Assembly (NCBI GenBank): GCA_964016885.1 | Contig: OZ024741.1 | Coordinates: 416,020,001 to 416,084,000 of the forward strand | Direction of reading: 5' to 3' | From: Eledone cirrhosa | Lineage: Eukaryota | DNA: 64,000 nt | Shown: positions 29,201 through 42,429 of the stretch, piece by piece | Layout of the letters: each line of letters begins with the position of its first letter | Numbering within the stretch: the stretch's first letter is position 1 | Notes under the pieces: model-generated | Seen by the model: the letters and a program-made list of their open reading frames with translations, nothing else | The model's database searches: none | What the model was told of the DNA's origin: nothing | Translations under genes and position numbers: made by a program

Positions 29201-32200
29201 CTCTGTTATATTAACTGGGGCCTCTATTATATTAACTGGGGTCTCTGTAATATTAACTGGGGTCTTGGTTATATTAACTGGGGCCTCTGTTATATTACCT
29301 GGGGTCTCTGTTATATTAACTGGGGTCTCTGTTATATTAACTGGGGCCTCTGTTATATTAACTGGGGTCTCGGTATATTAACTGGGGCCTCTGTTATATT
29401 AACTGGGGTCTCCTTTATATTAACTGGGGTCTCTGTTATATTAACTGGGGCATCTATTATATTAACTGGGGTCTCTGTTATATTAATTGGGGTCTCTGTT
29501 ATATTAACTGGGGTCTGTTATCTTAACTGGGGTCTCTGTTATATTAACTGGGGTCTCTGTTATATTAACTGGGATCTCTGTTATATTAACTGGGGCCTCT
29601 GTTATATTAACTGGGATCTCTATTATATTAACTGGGGTCTGTTATATTAACTGGGGTCTCTGTTATATTAACTGGGGTCTGTTATATTAACTGTGGCCTC
29701 TGTTATCTTAACTGTGGTCTCTGTTATAATAACTGGGATCTCTGTTATATTAACTGGGGTCTCTGTTATATTAACTGGTGTCTCTTTTATATTAACTGGA
29801 ATCTCTGTTATATTAACTGGGGTTTCTGTTATATTAACTGGGGCCTCTATTATATTAACTGGGCTCTGTGTTATATTAACTGGGATCTCTGTTATATTAA
29901 CTGGGGTCTCTGTTATATTAACTGAGGTCTCTGTTATATTAACTGGGTCTCTGTTATATTAACTGGGGTATGTTATATTAACTGGGGTCTCTGTTATATT
30001 AGCTGGGGTCTCTATTATATTAACTGGGGCCTCTGTTATATTAACTGAGGTCTCTGTTATATTAACTGGGGTCTCTGTTATATTAACTGGGGTATGTTAT
30101 ATTAACTGGGGTATGTTATATTAACTGGGGTCTCTGTTATATTAACTGGGGTCTCTGTTATATTAACTGGGGTCTCTGCTATATTAAATGGTGACTCTGT
30201 TATATTAACTGGGGTCTCTGTTATATTAACTGGGGTCTGTTATATTAACTGAGATCTCTGTTATATTAACTGGGGTCTGTTATATTAACTGGGGTCTCTG
30301 TTATATTAACTGGGGTCTCTGTTATATTAAATGGTGACTCTGTTATATTAACTGGGGTCTCTGTTATATTAACTGGGGTCTGTTATATTAACTGAGATCT
30401 CTGTTATATTAACTGGGGTCTGTTATATTAACTGGGGTCTCTGTTATATTAACTGGGGCCTCTGTTATATTAACTGGGGTCTCGGTTATATTAACTGGGG
30501 CCTCTGTTATATTACCTGGGGTCTCTGTTATATTAACTGGGGTCTCTGTTATATTAAATGGGGCATCTATTATATTAGCTGGGGTCTCTGTTATATTAAT
30601 TGGGGTCTCTGTTATATTAACTGGGGTCTGTTATCTTAACTGGGGTCTCTGTTATATTAACTGGGGTCTCTGTTATATTAACTGGGGTCTCTATTATATT
30701 AACTGGGGTCTCTGTTATATTAACTGGGATCTCTGTTATATTAACTGGGGCCTCTGTTATATTAACTGGGATCTCTGTTATATTAACTGGGGTCTGTTAT
30801 ATTAACTGGGGTCTGTTATATTAACTGTGGCCTCTGTTATCTTAACTGTGGTCTCTGTTATATTAACTGGGATCTCTGTTATATTAACTGGGGTCTCTGT
30901 TATATTAACTGGTGTCTCTTTTATATTAACTGGAATCTCTGTTATATTAACTGGGGTTTCTGTTATATTAACTGGGGCCTCTATTATATTAACTGGGCTC
31001 TGTGTTATATTAACTGGGATCTCTGTTATATTAACTGGGGTCTCTGTTATATTAACTGGGGTCACTGTTATATTAACTGGGATCTCTGTAATATTAACTG
31101 GTGTCTCTGTTATATTAAATGGGGTCTCTGTTATATTAACTGGCACTCTGTTATATTAACTGGGGCCTCTGTTATATGAACTGGGGCCTCTATTATATTA
31201 ACTGGGGTCTCTGTTATATTAACTGGGGTCTCTGTTATATTAACTGGGGTCTCTGTTATATTAACTGGGGTATGTTATATTAACTGGGGTCTCTGTTATA
31301 TTAACTGGGGTCTCTGTTATATTAACTGGGGTATCTGTTATATTAACTGAGGTCCCTGTTATATTAACTGGGGTATGTTATATTAACTGGAGTCTCTGTT
31401 ATATTAACTGGGGTCTCTGTTATATTAACTGGGGTCTCTGTTATATTAACTGGGGCCTCTGTTATATTAACTGGGGTCTCTGTTATATTAACTGGGGTCT
31501 CTGTTATATTAACTGAGGTCTCTGTTATATTAACTGGGTCTCTGTTATATTAACTGGGGTATGTTATATTAACTGGGGTCTCTGTTATATTAGCTGGGGT
31601 CTCTATTATATTAACTGGGGCCTCTGTTATATTAACTGAGGTCTCTGTTATATTAACTGGGGTCTCTGTTATATTAACTGGGGTATGTTATATTAACTGG
31701 GGTATGTTATATTAACTGGGGTCTCTGTTATATTAACTGGGGTCTCTGTTATATTAACTGGGGTCTCTGTTATATTAAATGGTGACTCTGTTATATTAAC
31801 TGGGGTCTCTGTTATATTAACTGGGGCCTCTGTTATATTAACTGGGGCCTCTGTTATATTAACTGGGGCCTCTATTATATTAACTGGGGTCTCTGTTATA
31901 TTAACTGGGGTCTCTGTTATATTAACTGGGGTCTGTTATATTAACTGAGATCTCTGTTATATTAACTGGGGTCTCTGTTATATTAACTGGGGTCTCTGTT
32001 ATATTAACTGGGGCCTCTATTATATTAACTGGGGTCTCTGTAATATTAACTGGGGTCTTGGTTATATTAACTGGGGCCTCTGTTATATTACCTGGGGTCT
32101 CTGTTATATTAACTGGGGTCTCTGTTATATTAACTGGGGCCTCTGTTATATTAACTGGGGTCTCGGTATATTAACTGGGGCCTCTGTTATATTAACTGGG

Positions 32201-33100
32201 GTCTCCTTTATATTAACTGGGGTCTCTGTTATATTAACTGGGGCATCTATTATATTAACTGGGGTCTCTGTTATATTAATTGGGGTCTCTGTTATATTAA
32301 CTGGGGTCTGTTATCTTAACTGGGGTCTCAGTTATATTAACTGGGGTCTCTGTTATATTAACTGGGATCTCTGTTATATTAACTGGGGCCTCTGTTATAT
32401 TAACTGGGATCTCTATTATATTAACTGGGGTCTGTTATATTAACTGGGGTCTCTGTTATATTAACTGGGGTCTGTTATATTAACTGTGGCCTCTGTTATC
32501 TTAACTGTGGTCTCTGTTATAATAACTGGGATCTCTGTTATATTAACTGGTGTCTCTTTTATATTAACTGGAATCTCTGTTATATTAACTGGGGTTTCTG
32601 TTATATTAACTGGGGCCTCTATTATATTAACTGGGCTCTGTGTTATATTAACTGGGATCTCTGTTATATTAACTGGGGTCTCTGTTATATTAACTGAGGT
32701 CTCTGTTATATTAACTGGGTCTCTGTTATATTAACTGGGGTATGTTATATTAACTGGGGTCTCTGTTATATTAGCTGGGGTCTCTATTATATTAACTGGG
32801 GCCTCTGTTATATTAACTGAGGTCTCTGTTATATTAACTGGGGTCTCTGTTATATTAACTGGGGTATGTTATATTAACTGGGGTATGTTATATTAACTGG
32901 GGTCTCTGTTATATTAACTGGGGTCTCTGTTATATTAACTGGGGTCTCTGTTATATTAAATGGTGACTCTGTTATATTAACTGGGGTCTCTGTTATATTA
33001 ACTGGGGTCTGTTATATTAACTGAGATCTCTGTTATATTAACTGGGGTCTGTTATATTAACTGGGGTCTCTGTTATATTAACTGGGGTCTCTGTTATATT
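27660..33100. repeat. Higher-order domain IV: 2,793-bp near-tandem duplication
   Basis: ACCTGGGG at 27721/30514; ORF-track pairs 28034/30827 and 29693/32486 (+2793); shared GTATCTG, GGAGTC and ATAATAAC variants. The second copy lacks one monomer near 32540. Confidence 0.9.
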
Positions 33101-36100
33101 AACTGACTGGGGCCTCTATTATATTAACTGGGGTCTCTGTAATATTAACTGGGGTCTTGGTTATATTAACTGGGGCCTCTGTTATATTACCTGGGGTCTC
33201 TGTTATATTAACTGGGGTCTCTGTTATATTAACTGGGGCCTCTGTTATATTAACTGGGGTCTCGGTATATTAACTGGGGCCTCTGTTATATTAACTGGGG
33301 TCTCCTTTATATTAACTGGGGTCTCTGTTATATTAACTGGGGCATCTATTATATTAACTGGGGTCTCTGTTATATTAATTGGGGTCTCTGTTATATTAAC
33401 TGGGGTCTGTTATCTTAACTGGGGTCTCTGTTATATTAACTGGGGTCTCTGTTATATTAACTGGGGTCTCTGTTATATTAACTGGGATCTCTGTTATATT
33501 AACTGGGGCCTCTGTTATATTAACTGGGATCACTATTATATTAACTGGTGTCTGTTATATTAACTGGGGTATGTTATATTAACTGGGGTCTCTGTTATAT
33601 TAACTGGGGTCTCTGTTATATTAACTGGGGTCTCTGTTATATTAAATGGTGACTCTGTTATATTAACTGGGGTCTCTGTTATATTAACTGGGGCCTCTGT
33701 TATATTAACTGGGGCCTCTGTTATATTAACTGGGGCCTCTATTATATTAACTGGGGTCTCTGTTATATTAACTGGGGTCTCTGTTATATTAACTGGGGTC
33801 TGTTATATTAACTGAGATCTCTGTTATATTAACTGGGGTCTCTGTTATATTAACTGGGGTCTCTGTTATATTAACTGGGGCCTCTATTATATTAACTGGG
33901 GTCTCTGTAATATTAACTGGGGTCTTGGTTATATTAACTGGGGCCTCTGTTATATTACCTGGGGTCTCTGTTATATTAACTGGGGTCTCTGTTATATTAA
34001 CTGGGGCCTCTGTTATATTAACTGGGGTCTCGGTATATTAACTGGGGCCTCTGTTATATTAACTGGGGTCTCCTTTATATTAACTGGGGTCTCTGTTATA
34101 TTAACTGGGGCATCTATTATATTAACTGGGGTCTCTGTTATATTAATTGGGGTCTCTGTTATATTAACTGGGGTCTGTTATCTTAACTGGGGTCTCTGTT
34201 ATATTAACTGGGGTCTCTGTTATATTAACTGGGATCTCTGTTATATTAACTGGGGCCTCTGTTATATTAACTGGGATCTCTATTATATTAACTGGGGTCT
34301 GTTATATTAACTGGGGTCTCTGTTATATTAACTGGGGTCTGTTATATTAACTGTGGCCTCTGTTATCTTAACTGTGGTCTCTGTTATATTAACTGGGATC
34401 TCTGTTATATTAACTGGGGTCTCTGTTATATTAACTGGTGTCTCTTTTATATTAACTGGAATCTCTGTTATATTAACTGGGGTTTCTGTTATATTAACTG
34501 GGGCCTCTATTATATTAACTGGGCTCTGTGTTATATTAACTGGGATCTCTGTTATATTAACTGGGGTCTCTGTTATATTAACTGAGGTCTCTGTTATATT
34601 AACTGGGTCTCTGTTATATTAACTGGGGTATGTTATATTAACTGGGGTCTCTGTTATATTAGCTGGGGTCTCTATTATATTAACTGGGGCCTCTGTTATA
34701 TTAACTGAGGTCTCTGTTATATTAACTGGGGTCTCTGTTATATTAACTGGGGTATGTTATATTAACTGGGGTATGTTATATTAACTGGGGTCTCTGTTAT
34801 ATTAACTGGGGTCTCTGTTATATTAACTGGGGTCTCTGTTATATTAAATGGTGACTCTGTTATATTAACTGGGGTCTCTGTTATATTAACTGGGGTCTGT
34901 TATATTAACTGAGATCTCTGTTATATTAACTGGGGTCTGTTATATTAACTGGGGTCTCTGTTATATTAACTGGGGTCTCTGTTATATTAACTGACTGGGG
35001 CCTCTATTATATTAACTGGGGTCTCTGTAATATTAACTGGGGTCTTGGTTATATTAACTGGGGCCTCTGTTATATTACCTGGGGTCTCTGTTATATTAAC
35101 TGGGGTCTCTGTTATATTAACTGGGGCCTCTGTTATATTAACTGGGGTCTCGGTATATTAACTGGGGCCTCTGTTATATTAACTGGGATCTCTGTTATAT
35201 TAACTGGAGCCTCTGTTATATTAACTGGGATCTCTATTATATTAACTGGGGTCTGTTATATTAACTGGGGTCTCTGTTATATTAACTGGGGTCTGTTATA
35301 TTAACTGTGGCCTCTGTTATCTTAACTGTGGTCTCTGTTATATTAACTGGGATCTCTGTTATATTAACTGGGGTCTCTGTTATATTAACTGGTGTCTCTT
35401 TTATATTAACTGGAATCTCTGTTATATTAACTGGGGTTTCTGTTATGTTAACTGGGGCCTCTATTATATTAACTGGGCTCTGTGTTATATTAACTGGGAT
35501 CTCTGTTATATTAACTGGGGTCTCTGTTATATTAACTGGGGTCTCTGTTATATTAACTGGGATCTCTGTAATATTAACTGGTGTCTCTGTTATATTAACT
35601 GGGGTCTCTGTTATATTAACTGGGGCCTCTGTTATATTAACTGGGGCCTCTATTATATTAACTGGCGTCTCTGTAATATTAACTGGGGTCTTGGTTATAT
35701 TAACTGGGGTCTCTGTTATATTAACTGGGGTCTGTTATATTAACTGAGATCTCTGTTATATTAACTGGGGTCTGTTATATTAACTGGGGTCTCTGTTATA
35801 TTAACTGGGGCCGCTATTATATTAACTGGCGTCTCTGTAATATTAACTGGGGTCTTGGTTATATTAACTGGGGCCTCTGTTATATTAACTGGGGTCTCTG
35901 TTATATTAACTTGGGTCTCTGTTATATTAACTGGGGCCTCTGTTATATTAACTGAGGTCTCGGTATATTAACTGGGGTCTCTGTTATATTAACTGGGGTC
36001 TCTGTTATATAAACTGGGGTCTGTTATATTAACTGAGATCTCTGTTATATTAACTGGGGTCTGTTATATTAACTGGGGTCTCTGTTATATTAACTGGGGT

Positions 36101-37204
36101 CTCTGTTATATTAACTGGGGCCTCTATTATATTAACTGGGGTCTCTGTAATATTAACTAGGGTCTTGGTTATATTAACTGGGGCCTCTGTTATATTAACT
36201 GGGGTCTCTGTTATATTAACTGGGGTCTCTGTTATATTAACTGGGGCCTCTGTTATATTAACTGGGGTCTCGGTATATTAACTGGGGCCTCTGTTATATT
36301 AACTGGGGTCTCCTTTATATTAACTGGGGTCTCTGTTATATTAACTGGGGCATCTATTATATTAACTGGGGTCTCTGTTATATTAATTGGGGTCTCTGTT
36401 ATATTAACTGGGGTCTCTGTTATATTAACTGGGGTCTCTGTTATATTAACTGGGGTCTCTGTTATATTAACTGGGGTCTCTGTTATATTAACTGGGATCT
36501 CTGTTATATTAACTGGGGCCTCTGTTATATTAACTGGGATCTCTATTATATTAACTGGGGTCTGTTATATTAACTGGGGTCTCTGTTATATTAACTGGGG
36601 TCTGTTTTATTAACTGGGGTCTGTTATATAAACTGGGGTCTGTTATATTAGCTGTGGCCTCTGTTATCTTAACTGTGGTCTCTGTTATATTAACTGGGAT
36701 CTCTGTTATATTAACTGGGGTCTCTGTTATATTAACTGGTGTCTCTTTTATATTAACTGGAATCTCTGTTATATTAACTGGGGTTTCTGTTATATTAACT
36801 GGGGCCTCTATTATATTAACTGGGCTCTGTGTTATATTAACAGGGATCTCTGTTATATTAACTGGGGTCTCTGTTATATTAACTGGGGTCTCTGTTATAT
36901 TAACTGGGATCTCTGTAATATTAACTGGTGTCTCTGTTATATTAACTGGGGTCTCTGTTATATTAACTGGGGCCTCTGTTATATTAACTGGGGCCTCTGT
37001 TATATGAACTGGGGCCTCTATTATATTAACTGGGGTCTCTGTTATATTAACTGGGGTCTCTGTTATATTAACTGGGGTCTGTTATATTAACTGAGATCTC
37101 TGTTATATTAACTGGGGTCTGTTATATTAACTGGGGTCTTTGTTATATTAACTGGGGCCTCTATTATATTAACTGGGGTCTCTGTTATATTAACTGGGGT
37201 CTGT

Positions 37205-40200
37205 TATATTTACTGGGGTCTCTGTAATATTAACTGGGGCCTCTATTATATTACCTGGGTCCTCTGTTATATTAGCTGGGGTCTCTATTATATTAACTGG
37301 GTTCTCTGTTATATTAACTGGGGTCTCTGTTATATTAACTGAGGTCTCTGTAATATTAACTGCGTTCTCTGTTATATTAACTGGGGCTTCTAATATATTA
37401 ACTGGGTTCTCTGTTATATTAACTGGGGTCTCTGTTATATTAACTGGGGTCTCTGTTATATTAACTGAGGCCTCTGTTATATTAACTGGGGCCTCTATTA
37501 TATTAACTGGGGTCTCTGTTATATTAACTGGGGTCTGTTATCTTAACTGGGGTCTCTGTTATATCAACTGGGGTCTCTGTTATATTAACTGGGTTCTCTG
37601 TTATATTAACTGGGGTCTGTTATATTAACTGGGGCCTCTATTATATTAACTGAGGTCTCTGTTATATTAACTGGGGTCTCTGTTATATTAACTGGGGTAT
37701 GTTATATTAACTGGGGTCTCTGTTATATTAACTGGGGTCTCTATTATATTAACTGGGGTCTCTGTTATATTTACTGGGGTCTCTATTATATTAACTGAGG
37801 TCTCTGTTATATTAACTGGGGTCTCTGTTATATTAACTGGGATCTCTGTCATATTAACTGGGGTCTCTATTATATTAACTGGGGTCTCTGTTATATTAAC
37901 TGGGGCCTCTGTTATATTAACTGGGGTCTCTGTTATATTAACTGGGGTATGTTATATTAACTGGGGTCTCTGTTATATTAACTGGGGTCTCTGTTATATT
38001 AACTGGGGTCTCTGTTATATTAACTGAGGTCCCTGTTATATTAACTGGGGTATGTTATATTAACTGTGGTCTCTGTTATATTAACTGGGGTCTCTGTTAT
38101 ATTAACTGGGGTCTCTGTTATATTAAATGGTGACTCTGTTATATTAACTGGGGTCTCTGTTATATTAACTGGGGCCTCTGTTATATTAACTGGGGCCTCT
38201 GTTATATTAACTGGGGCCTCTATTATATTAACTGGGGTCTCTGTTATATTAACTGGGGTCTCTGTTATATTAACTGGGGTCTGTTATATTAACTGAGATC
38301 TCTGTTATATTAACTGGGGTCTGTTATATTAACTGGGGTCTCTGTTATATTAACTGGGGTCTCTGTTATATTAACTGGGGCCTCTATTATATTAACTGGG
38401 GTCTCTGTAATATTAACTGGGGTCTTGGTTATATTAACTGGGGCCTCTGTTATATTAACTGGGGTCTCTGTTATATTAACTGGGGTCTCTGTTATATTAA
38501 CTGGGGCCTCTTTTATATTAACTGGGGTCTCGGTTATATTAACTGGGGCCTCTGTTATATTACCTGGGGTCTCTGTTATATTAACTGGGGTCTCTGTTAT
38601 ATTAAATGGGGCATCTATTATATTAGCTGGGGTCTCTGTTATATTAATTGGGGTCTCTGTTATATTAACTGGGGTCTGTTATCTTAACTGGGGTCTCTGT
38701 TATATTAACTGGGGTCTATGTCATATTAACTGGGGTCTCTATTATATTAACTGGGGTCTCTGTTATATTAACTGGGATCTCTGTTATATTAACTGGGGCC
38801 TCTGTTATATTAACTGGGATCTCTGTTATATTAACTGGGGTCTGTTATATTAACTGGGGTCTGTTATATTAACTGTGGCCTCTGTTATCTTAACTGTGGT
38901 CTCTGTTATATTAACTGGGATCTCTGTTATATTAACTGGGGTCTCTGTTATATTAACTGGTGTCTCTTTTATATTAACTGGAATCTCTGTTATATTAACT
39001 GGGGTTTCTGTTATATTAACTGGGGCCTCTATTATATTAACTGGGCTCTGTGTTATATTAACTGGGATCTCTGTTATATTAACTGGGGTCTCTGTTATAT
39101 TAACTGGGGTCACTGTTATATTAACTGGGATCTCTGTAATATTAACTGGTGTCTCTGTTATATTAAATGGGGTCTCTGTTATATTAACTGGCACTCTGTT
39201 ATATTAACTGGGGCCTCTGTTATATGAACTGGGGCCTCTATTATATTAACTGGGGTCTCTGTTATATTAACTGGGGTCTCTGTTATATTAACTGGGGTCT
39301 CTGTTATATTAACTGGGGTATGTTATATTAACTGGGGTCTCTGTTATATTAACTGGGGTCTCTGTTATATTAACTGGGGTATCTGTTATATTAACTGAGG
39401 TCCCTGTTATATTAACTGGGGTATGTTATATTAACTGGAGTCTCTGTTATATTAACTGGGGTCTCTGTTATATTTAACTGGGGTCTCTGTTATATTAACT
39501 GGGGCCTCTGTTATATTAACTGGGGTCTCTGTTATATTTACTGGGGTCTCTGTTATATTAACTGAGGTCTCTGTTATATTAACTGGGTCTCTGTTATATT
39601 AACTGGGGTATGTTATATTAACTGGGGTCTCTGTTATATTAGCTGGGGTCTCTATTATATTAACTGGGGCCTCTGTTATATTAACTGAGGTCTCTGTTAT
39701 ATTAACTGGTGTCTCTGTTATATTAACTGGGGTATGTTATATTAACTGGGGTATGTTATATTAACTGGGGTCTCTGTTATATTAACGGGGTCTCTGTTAT
39801 ATTAACTGGGGTCTCTGTTATATTAAATGGTGACTCTGTTATATTAACTGGGGTCTCTGTTATATTAACTGGGGCCTCTGTTATATTAACTGGGGCCTCT
39901 GTTATATTAACTGGGGCCTCTATTATATTAACTGGGGTCTCTGTTATATTAACTGGGGTCTCTGTTATATTAACTGGGGTCTGTTATATTAACTGAGATC
40001 TCTGTTATATTAACTGGGGTCTCTGTTATATTAACTGGGGTCTCTGTTATATTAACTGGGGCCTCTATTATATTAACTGGGGTCTCTGTAATATTAACTG
40101 GGGTCTTGGTTATTTTAACTGGGGCCTCTGTTATATTACCTGGGGTCTCTGTTATATTAACTGGGGTCTCTGTTATATTAACTGGGGCCTCTGTTATATT

Positions 40201-41170
40201 AACTGGGGTCTCGGTATATTAACTGGGGCCTCTGTTATATTAACTGGGGTCTCCTTTATATTAACTGGGGTCTCTGTTATATTAACTGGGGCATCTATTA
40301 TATTAATTGGGGTCTCTGTTATATTAATTGGGGTCTCTGTTATATTAACTGGGGTCTGTTATCTTAACTGGGGTCTCTGTTATATTAACTGGGGTCTCTG
40401 TTATATTAACTGGGATCTCTGTTATATTAACTGGGGCCTCTGTTATATTAACTGGGATCTCTATTATATTAACTGGGGTCTGTTATATTAACTGGGGTCT
40501 CTGTTATATTAACTGGGGTCTGTTATATTAACTGTGGCCTCTGTTATCTTAACTGTGGTCTCTGTTATATTAACTGGGATCTCTGTTATATTAACTGGGG
40601 TCTCTGTTATATTAACTGGTGTCTCTTTTATATTAACTGGAATCTCTGTTATATTAACTGGGGTTTCTGTTATATTAACTGGGGCCTCTATTATATTAAC
40701 TGGGCTCTGTGTTATATTAACTGGGATCTCTGTTATATTAACTGGGGTCTCTGTTATATTAACTGAGGTCTCTGTTATATTAACTGGGTCTCTGTTATAT
40801 TAACTGGGGTATGTTATATTAACTGGGGTCTCTGTTATATTAGCTGGGGTCTCTATTATATTAACTGGGGCCTCTGTTATATTAACTGAGGTCTCTGTTA
40901 TATTAACTGGGGTCTCTGTTATATTAACTGGGGTATGTTATATTAACTGGGGTATGTTATATTAACTGGGGTCTCTGTTATATTAACTGGGGTCTCTGTT
41001 ATATTAACTGGGGTCTCTGTTATATTAAATGGTGACTCTGTTATATTAACTGGGGTCTCTGTTATATTAACTGGGGTCTGTTATATTAACTGAGATCTCT
41101 GTTATATTAACTGGGGTCTGTTATATTAACTGGGGTCTCTGTTATATTAACTGGGGTCTCTGTTATATTA
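37205..41170. repeat. Dispersed ~4-kb copy of ~26365-30330 (offset 10,841 bp)
   Basis: TTACCTGGGTCC at 26410/37251; ORF-track pairs 27225/38066, 27584/38425, 28034/38875 and 29693/40534; GGTGAC at 30190/41031. All are +10841. Confidence 0.9.
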
Positions 41171-42429
41171 ACTGACTGGGGCCTCTATTATATTAACTGG
41201 GGTCTCTGTAATATTAACTGGGGTCTTGGTTATATTAACTGGGGCCTCTGTTATATTACCTGGGGTCTCTGTTATATTAACTGGGGTCTCTGTTATATTA
41301 ACTGGGGCCTCTGTTATATTAACTGGGGTCTCGGTATATTAACTGGGGCCTCTGTTATATTAACTGGGGTCTCCTTTATATTAACTGGGGTCTCTGTTAT
41401 ATTAACTGGGGCATCTATTATATTAACTGGGGTCTCTGTTATATTAATTGGGGTCTCTGTTATATTAACTGGGGTCTGTTATCTTAACTGGGGTCTCTGT
41501 TATATTAACTGGGGTCTCTGTTATATTAACTGGGGTCTCTGTTATATTAACTGGGATCTCTGTTATATTAACTGGGGCCTCTGTTATATTAACTGGGATC
41601 TCTATTATATTAACTGGGGTCTGTTATATTAACTGGGGTCTCTGTTATATTAACTGGGGTCTGTTATATTAACTGTGGCCTCTGTTATCTTAACTGTGGT
41701 CTCTGTTATATTAACTGGGATCTCTGTTATATTAACTGGGGTCTCTGTTATATTAACTGGTGTCTCTTTTATATTAACTGGAATCTCTGTTATATTAACT
41801 GGGGTTTCTGTTATATTAACTGGGGCCTCTATTATATTAACTGGGCTCTGTGTTATATTAACTGGGATCTCTGTTATATTAACTGGGGTCTCTGTTATAT
41901 TAACTGGGGTCTCTGTTATATTAACTGGGATCTCTGTAATATTAACTGGTGTCTCTGTTATATTAACTGGGGTCTCTGTTATATTAACTGGGGCCTCTGT
42001 TATATTAACTGGGGCCTCTATTATATTAACTGGCGTCTCTGTAATATTAACTGGGGTCTTGGTTATATTAACTGGGGTCTCTGTTATATTAACTGGGGTC
42101 TGTTATATTAACTGAGATCTCTGTTATATTAACTGGGGTCTGTTATATTAACTGGGGTCTCTGTTGTATTAACTGGGGCCGCTATTATATTAACTGGCGT
42201 CTCTGTAATATTAACTGGGGTCTTGGTTATATTAACTGGGGCCTCTGTTATATTAACTGGGGTCTCTGTTATATTAACTTGGGTCTCTGTTATATTAACT
42301 GGGGCGTCTGTTATATTAACTGAGGTCTCGGTATATTAACTGGGGTCTCTGTTATATTAACTGGGGTCTCTGTTATATAAACTGGGGTCTGTTATATTAA
42401 CTGAGATCTCTGTTATATTAACTGGGGTC

